Assembly: GCA_963836185.1 (NCBI GenBank)
Contig: CAWIIQ010000001.1
Coordinates: 1,312,001-1,376,000 of the forward strand
Direction: 5' to 3'
DNA length: 64,000 bases
Origin: Candidatus Krumholzibacteriia bacterium
GTDB taxonomy: Bacteria > Krumholzibacteriota > Krumholzibacteriia > Krumholzibacteriales > Krumholzibacteriaceae
Part shown: one piece after another, positions 60,675 through 64,000 of the stretch
Numbering within the stretch: position 1 is the first letter of the stretch
How the letters are laid out: each line of letters begins with the position of its first letter
Translations under genes and position numbers: made by a program
The notes under the pieces: model-generated
Told to the model about the DNA's origin: nothing
The model's database searches: none
What the model saw: the letters and a program-made list of their open reading frames with translations, nothing else

Positions 60675-60714
60675 TTTTCTTTTCCTCACTCACATCTTCC
60701 CTGGAGGTCTCAGT

Positions 60715-62667
60715 ATGAAAAGACTGATCCCCGTTCTTCTGGTTCTAGTTCTCCTGGTCCCGATGATCGTTTCCGCCGAGGAAAAGGTCGAGAGGCGGGA
60801 GGAAGGGAATCTAGTAATAGAGGGTATTCCTGATATCCCGCAGGGTCTGAAGGACCGGATGTTCCAGTACCAGAATACACGGGGTGCAGGTGTAAGGGGC
60901 TGGGCCGCGGATGGATCCGGTATATACATAGGAACGAGGTTCGGCGAGACATCGCAGATACATTTTGTCAAGAAGCCGGGCGGCGCGCGAAACCAGATAA
61001 CATTCTTCAATGAGCCTGTAGGCGGAGCGTCAGTCTGCTCAGATCTCTCAAAGAACGGTTTTCTTTTCGGCAAGGATGTCGGAGGGGGAGAGTTCTACCA
61101 GATATTCTGGTTCGACGTTCCAACGGCCAAGTATACGATGCTCACAGATGGCAAGTCGCGTAATGGAGGTTTCAGCTGGTCGAATAGCGGTGACAGGTTC
61201 GTCTACTACACGACAAAGCGCAATGGCCGGGACTGGGACCTTTACTCATCGACGATCGAGAAGCCCGAAGAGGCAAAGCCGGTCCTGGAAGAAGGCGGCG
61301 TCTGGTTCCCGATGGACTGGTCTCCCGACGACTCGAAGCTACTGGTGGGGCGTTACGTGTCGGCGAATGAGTCGTACGGCTATGTCCTCGATATGAGCTC
61401 CGGCGCCCTGGAGCAGATGAACCCTTCAGAGAAGCAGATCGCTTACGGAGGCTCGATCTGGTCGGCCGATGGAAAGGGTGTATTCTTTTCGTCAGATGAG
61501 GACACGGAGTTCCAGCACCTCAGGTATTACGATCTCGATAAGAAAAAGCAGAAGATCCTCACGGAGAAGATCCAGTGGGATGTCGAGGGGATGTCGATCA
61601 GTCACGATCGCGGTACCCTTGCCTTTACAACAAATGAGGACGGGATAACGAAGCTCTACCTGATGGACACAAAGAAGATGAAGTTCAAGCCTGTAGAGGG
61701 TTTCCCCGTCGGCAGTATCGGCGGGCTCGCATTCAGTCCCGACGACTCGAAGATCGCGTTGTCGGTGAGCAGTCCAAGCTCGACGGGTGACGTCTACGTC
61801 CTCGACCTGGCGGACATGTCTATCGAGCGATGGACGTACAGTGAGATCGGCGGGCTCGACAGCGATTCGTTCGCCAAACCGAAGCTCTTCCACTACGAGA
61901 CGTTCGACAAAGTCGACGGCAAGCAGCGTGAGATCCCCGCGTTTATATTCAAGCCGACGAAGGGTGAGGGACCTTATCCCGTTCTGATCAGCATCCACGG
62001 CGGCCCCGAGGGACAGTTCACTCCCTACTTCTCGGCTACCTATAATTATATGATCAACGATCTCGGCATTGCTGTTATCGCCCCCAACGTCCGCGGCTCT
62101 TCCGGCTACGGCAAGAGTTACCTCCAGCTCGATAACTGGGAGAAGAGGGAAGACTCCGTATTCGATATCGGCGCCCTTCTTGACTGGATCGAGAAGCAGC
62201 CCGATCTCGACAAGTCGCGCATCTGCGTCTACGGCGGATCGTATGGCGGCTACATGGTCTACGCCGCGATGACCCACTACAACGACAGGCTCAAGTGCGG
62301 GATCGACGTCGTCGGTATCAGCAACTTCGTCACCTTCCTCGAGAACACGAAGGAGTACCGCCGCGATCTCAGGAGAGTCGAGTACGGCGACGAACGTATC
62401 CCCGAGATGAGGGAACTTCTCGAGAAGATCTCTCCGACTACGAACGCGCACAAGATCACGAAGCCGATGTTCATCGTCCAGGGTTTCAACGACCCAAGGG
62501 TTCCCGCCAGCGAGGCGGAGCAGATGCTCGCCGCCATCCGTAGCAACGGGGGCGAAGCGTGGTACCTGCTCGCGATGGATGAGGGTCACGGGTTCAGGAA
62601 GAAGAGTAACCGGGACTACATGATGTATTCGATGATGATGTTCCTCGAGAAATACCTGCTCGACTAG
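60715..62667 (+). CDS. S9-family peptidase (acylaminoacyl/dipeptidyl aminopeptidase) with beta-propeller
   Basis: Signal peptide; WSPD repeats; IHGGPE, PNVRGSSGYG, GGSYGG, NDPRVP and DEGHGF motifs. Confidence 0.95.
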   Translation: MKRLIPVLLVLVLLVPMIVSAEEKVERREEGNLVIEGIPDIPQGLKDRMFQYQNTRGAGVRGWAADGSGIYIGTRFGETSQIHFVKKPGGARNQITFFNEPVGGASVCSDLSKNGFLFGKDVGGGEFYQIFWFDVPTAKYTMLTDGKSRNGGFSWSNSGDRFVYYTTKRNGRDWDLYSSTIEKPEEAKPVLEEGGVWFPMDWSPDDSKLLVGRYVSANESYGYVLDMSSGALEQMNPSEKQIAYGGSIWSADGKGVFFSSDEDTEFQHLRYYDLDKKKQKILTEKIQWDVEGMSISHDRGTLAFTTNEDGITKLYLMDTKKMKFKPVEGFPVGSIGGLAFSPDDSKIALSVSSPSSTGDVYVLDLADMSIERWTYSEIGGLDSDSFAKPKLFHYETFDKVDGKQREIPAFIFKPTKGEGPYPVLISIHGGPEGQFTPYFSATYNYMINDLGIAVIAPNVRGSSGYGKSYLQLDNWEKREDSVFDIGALLDWIEKQPDLDKSRICVYGGSYGGYMVYAAMTHYNDRLKCGIDVVGISNFVTFLENTKEYRRDLRRVEYGDERIPEMRELLEKISPTTNAHKITKPMFIVQGFNDPRVPASEAEQMLAAIRSNGGEAWYLLAMDEGHGFRKKSNRDYMMYSMMMFLEKYLLD

Positions 62668-62701
62668 GCGTTATGGGTAATATAGACAGCTTCCCTGAAT
62701 G

Positions 62702-62731
62702 ACGGGGCCGGTCCGGTTGGGCCGGCCCCGT
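62702..62731 (+). terminator. GC-rich hairpin after the S9 peptidase
   Basis: ACGGGGCCGG...CCGGCCCCGT; weak U-tract. Confidence 0.5.
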
Positions 62732-62771
62732 AAATTATTCCAAAAAAAAGTGGTTATAGCCGAAAAAGGGC

Positions 62772-62800
62772 TTGATACTATTTTTACTATCTCTTATATT
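62772..62800 (+). promoter_or_regulatory. Sigma70-type promoter of the kor operon
   Basis: TTGATA-17 nt-TATATT. Confidence 0.55.
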
Positions 62801-62884
62801 CTAATCCGCTTGCGGGAACGTGGCCGCAGCAATAATGTAAATCATTGTGTAACAATGTGATAGCCGGAACCGGAGAGGTTACAG

Positions 62885-63094
62885 ATGGCCGGGGAACAGT
62901 CGGCTTCAAAGAAGCCGGCGGTCATCACGGTGAACACTAGATGGTGTAAGGGCTGCGAGATCTGTGTCGCGTTCTGCCCCAAGGATTGCCTTGAGATGGT
63001 AGGCGGCAAGTGTGTAGCGGCCCGGCCGGACGACTGCATCAGGTGCATGCTCTGTGAGCTGCGCTGCCCGGATTTCGCTATTACGGTGGAATGA
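62885..63094 (+). CDS. korD: 2[4Fe-4S] ferredoxin, delta subunit of 2-oxoacid:ferredoxin oxidoreductase
   Basis: WCKGCEICVAFCP and CIRCMLCELRCPDFAI; upstream of the alpha subunit. Confidence 0.88.
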   Translation: MAGEQSASKKPAVITVNTRWCKGCEICVAFCPKDCLEMVGGKCVAARPDDCIRCMLCELRCPDFAITVE

Positions 63095-63126
63095 GGACTC
63101 CTCTTCGGAGGGCCTCCTTTTTTTTT
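63093..63126 (+). terminator. Intra-operon terminator-like hairpin
   Basis: GAGG-ACTCCTC-ttcg-GAGGG-CCTC then C and a 9-T run. Confidence 0.6.
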
Positions 63127-63185
63127 GCACCGGCGAACCGAGCGGAGAGGCCTATGGCTCCGCATATGCCAGGGGGAGAGACGTC

Positions 63186-64000
63186 TTGAGCAATGACCAT
63201 CCCGGCAAGGTCAGGATGATGCAGGGTAACCAGGCCTGCGCCGAAGGGGCCGTAGCAGCAGGCTGCCGTTTCTTCGCCGGTTATCCGATCACGCCCTCGT
63301 CGGAGATAGCAGAGAACCTGTCCGTGATGCTTCCTCGACTCGGGGGAAAGTTCATCCAGATGGAGGACGAGATCGGCGCAATGGGCGCGACGATTGGAGC
63401 CGCGCTGACCGGCATGAAATCGATGACGGCTACCTCCGGACCAGGATTCAGCCTCAAGCAGGAAAACATAGGCTACGCCAGCATGGCCGAGGTGCCGTGC
63501 GTCATCGTCAACGTGATGCGCGGCGGGCCGAGCACAGGCATGCCGACTCTCCCTGCGCAGATGGATGTCCAGCAGGCCAGGTGGGGCTCCCACGGTGACC
63601 GCGAGGTCATCGCCCTGACGGCCAAATCGGCACAGGAGACATACGAACAGACGATCCGTGCATTCAACCTCGCGGAAAAATATATGACACCGGTCATCCT
63701 TCTTATCGATGAGATCACCGGTCACACGACCGAGAAGGTCGTCATCCCCGACGCCTCCGAGATAGAGATAGTCGACAGGGTGAAACCGGATGGTGACCAG
63801 AAGAACTACCTCCCGTACAAGATCACCGATGACTGCATACCCGTCCTGGCTCCGTTCGGAACAGGGTACAGGTACCACGTGACGGGCCTCTGCCATAACG
63901 AGACGGGATTCCCGACAAACAATTCAGAAGAGATCTCGTGCCTTATAGAGAGGCTGTCGAGAAAGATAACGAACAACGTGGATGATATAATCATAAACAA
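63186..64000 (+). CDS. korA: 2-oxoacid:acceptor oxidoreductase alpha subunit (3'-truncated by the window edge)
   Basis: Missing from the ORF track; TTG 63186 reads MSNDHPGKVRMMQGNQACAEGA..FAGYPITPSSE..QMEDE..ATSGPG..MRGGPSTG and stays open to the window end. Confidence 0.9.
   Translation, partial: MSNDHPGKVRMMQGNQACAEGAVAAGCRFFAGYPITPSSEIAENLSVMLPRLGGKFIQMEDEIGAMGATIGAALTGMKSMTATSGPGFSLKQENIGYASMAEVPCVIVNVMRGGPSTGMPTLPAQMDVQQARWGSHGDREVIALTAKSAQETYEQTIRAFNLAEKYMTPVILLIDEITGHTTEKVVIPDASEIEIVDRVKPDGDQKNYLPYKITDDCIPVLAPFGTGYRYHVTGLCHNETGFPTNNSEEISCLIERLSRKITNNVDDIIIN

Overview
A gene-dense bacterial chromosomal segment, GC-rich by eye, from a Gram-negative anaerobe. It carries LPS core genes (waaA and a GT9 heptosyltransferase), a 2-oxoacid:ferredoxin oxidoreductase, carbamate kinase, and many secreted proteins with FlgD-Ig or 'SWGxIK' C-termini, a style I associate with FCB-group lineages such as Krumholzibacteriota/Latescibacterota (inference only). 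The window has about 52 CDS, including purD, purE, tsaC, arcC, a LarA-family gene, uvrA, galE, mazG, an OmpA-TSP3 protein, a PycB/OadA-like protein and korD/korA, plus tRNA-Phe(GAA) and tRNA-Thr(CGT). I found no mobile element, prophage or CRISPR array. Eight genes are broken by frameshifts, nearly all single-base insertions, which most likely reflect sequencing or assembly error. The most novel-looking signal is a leader with three ~60-nt-period repeats (TGT(T)AAC...GCCGACC...GGAG) upstream of a 1030-aa secreted protein; two units fold into hairpins that present a CCGACC loop and pair into the Shine-Dalgarno sequence. Other leads are a shared short C-terminal SWGx(I)(K/R) motif on unrelated secreted proteins, a sigma54-linked kinase/regulator/ATPase-less kinase module, and tandem XRE-cupin regulators with near-identical recognition helices.
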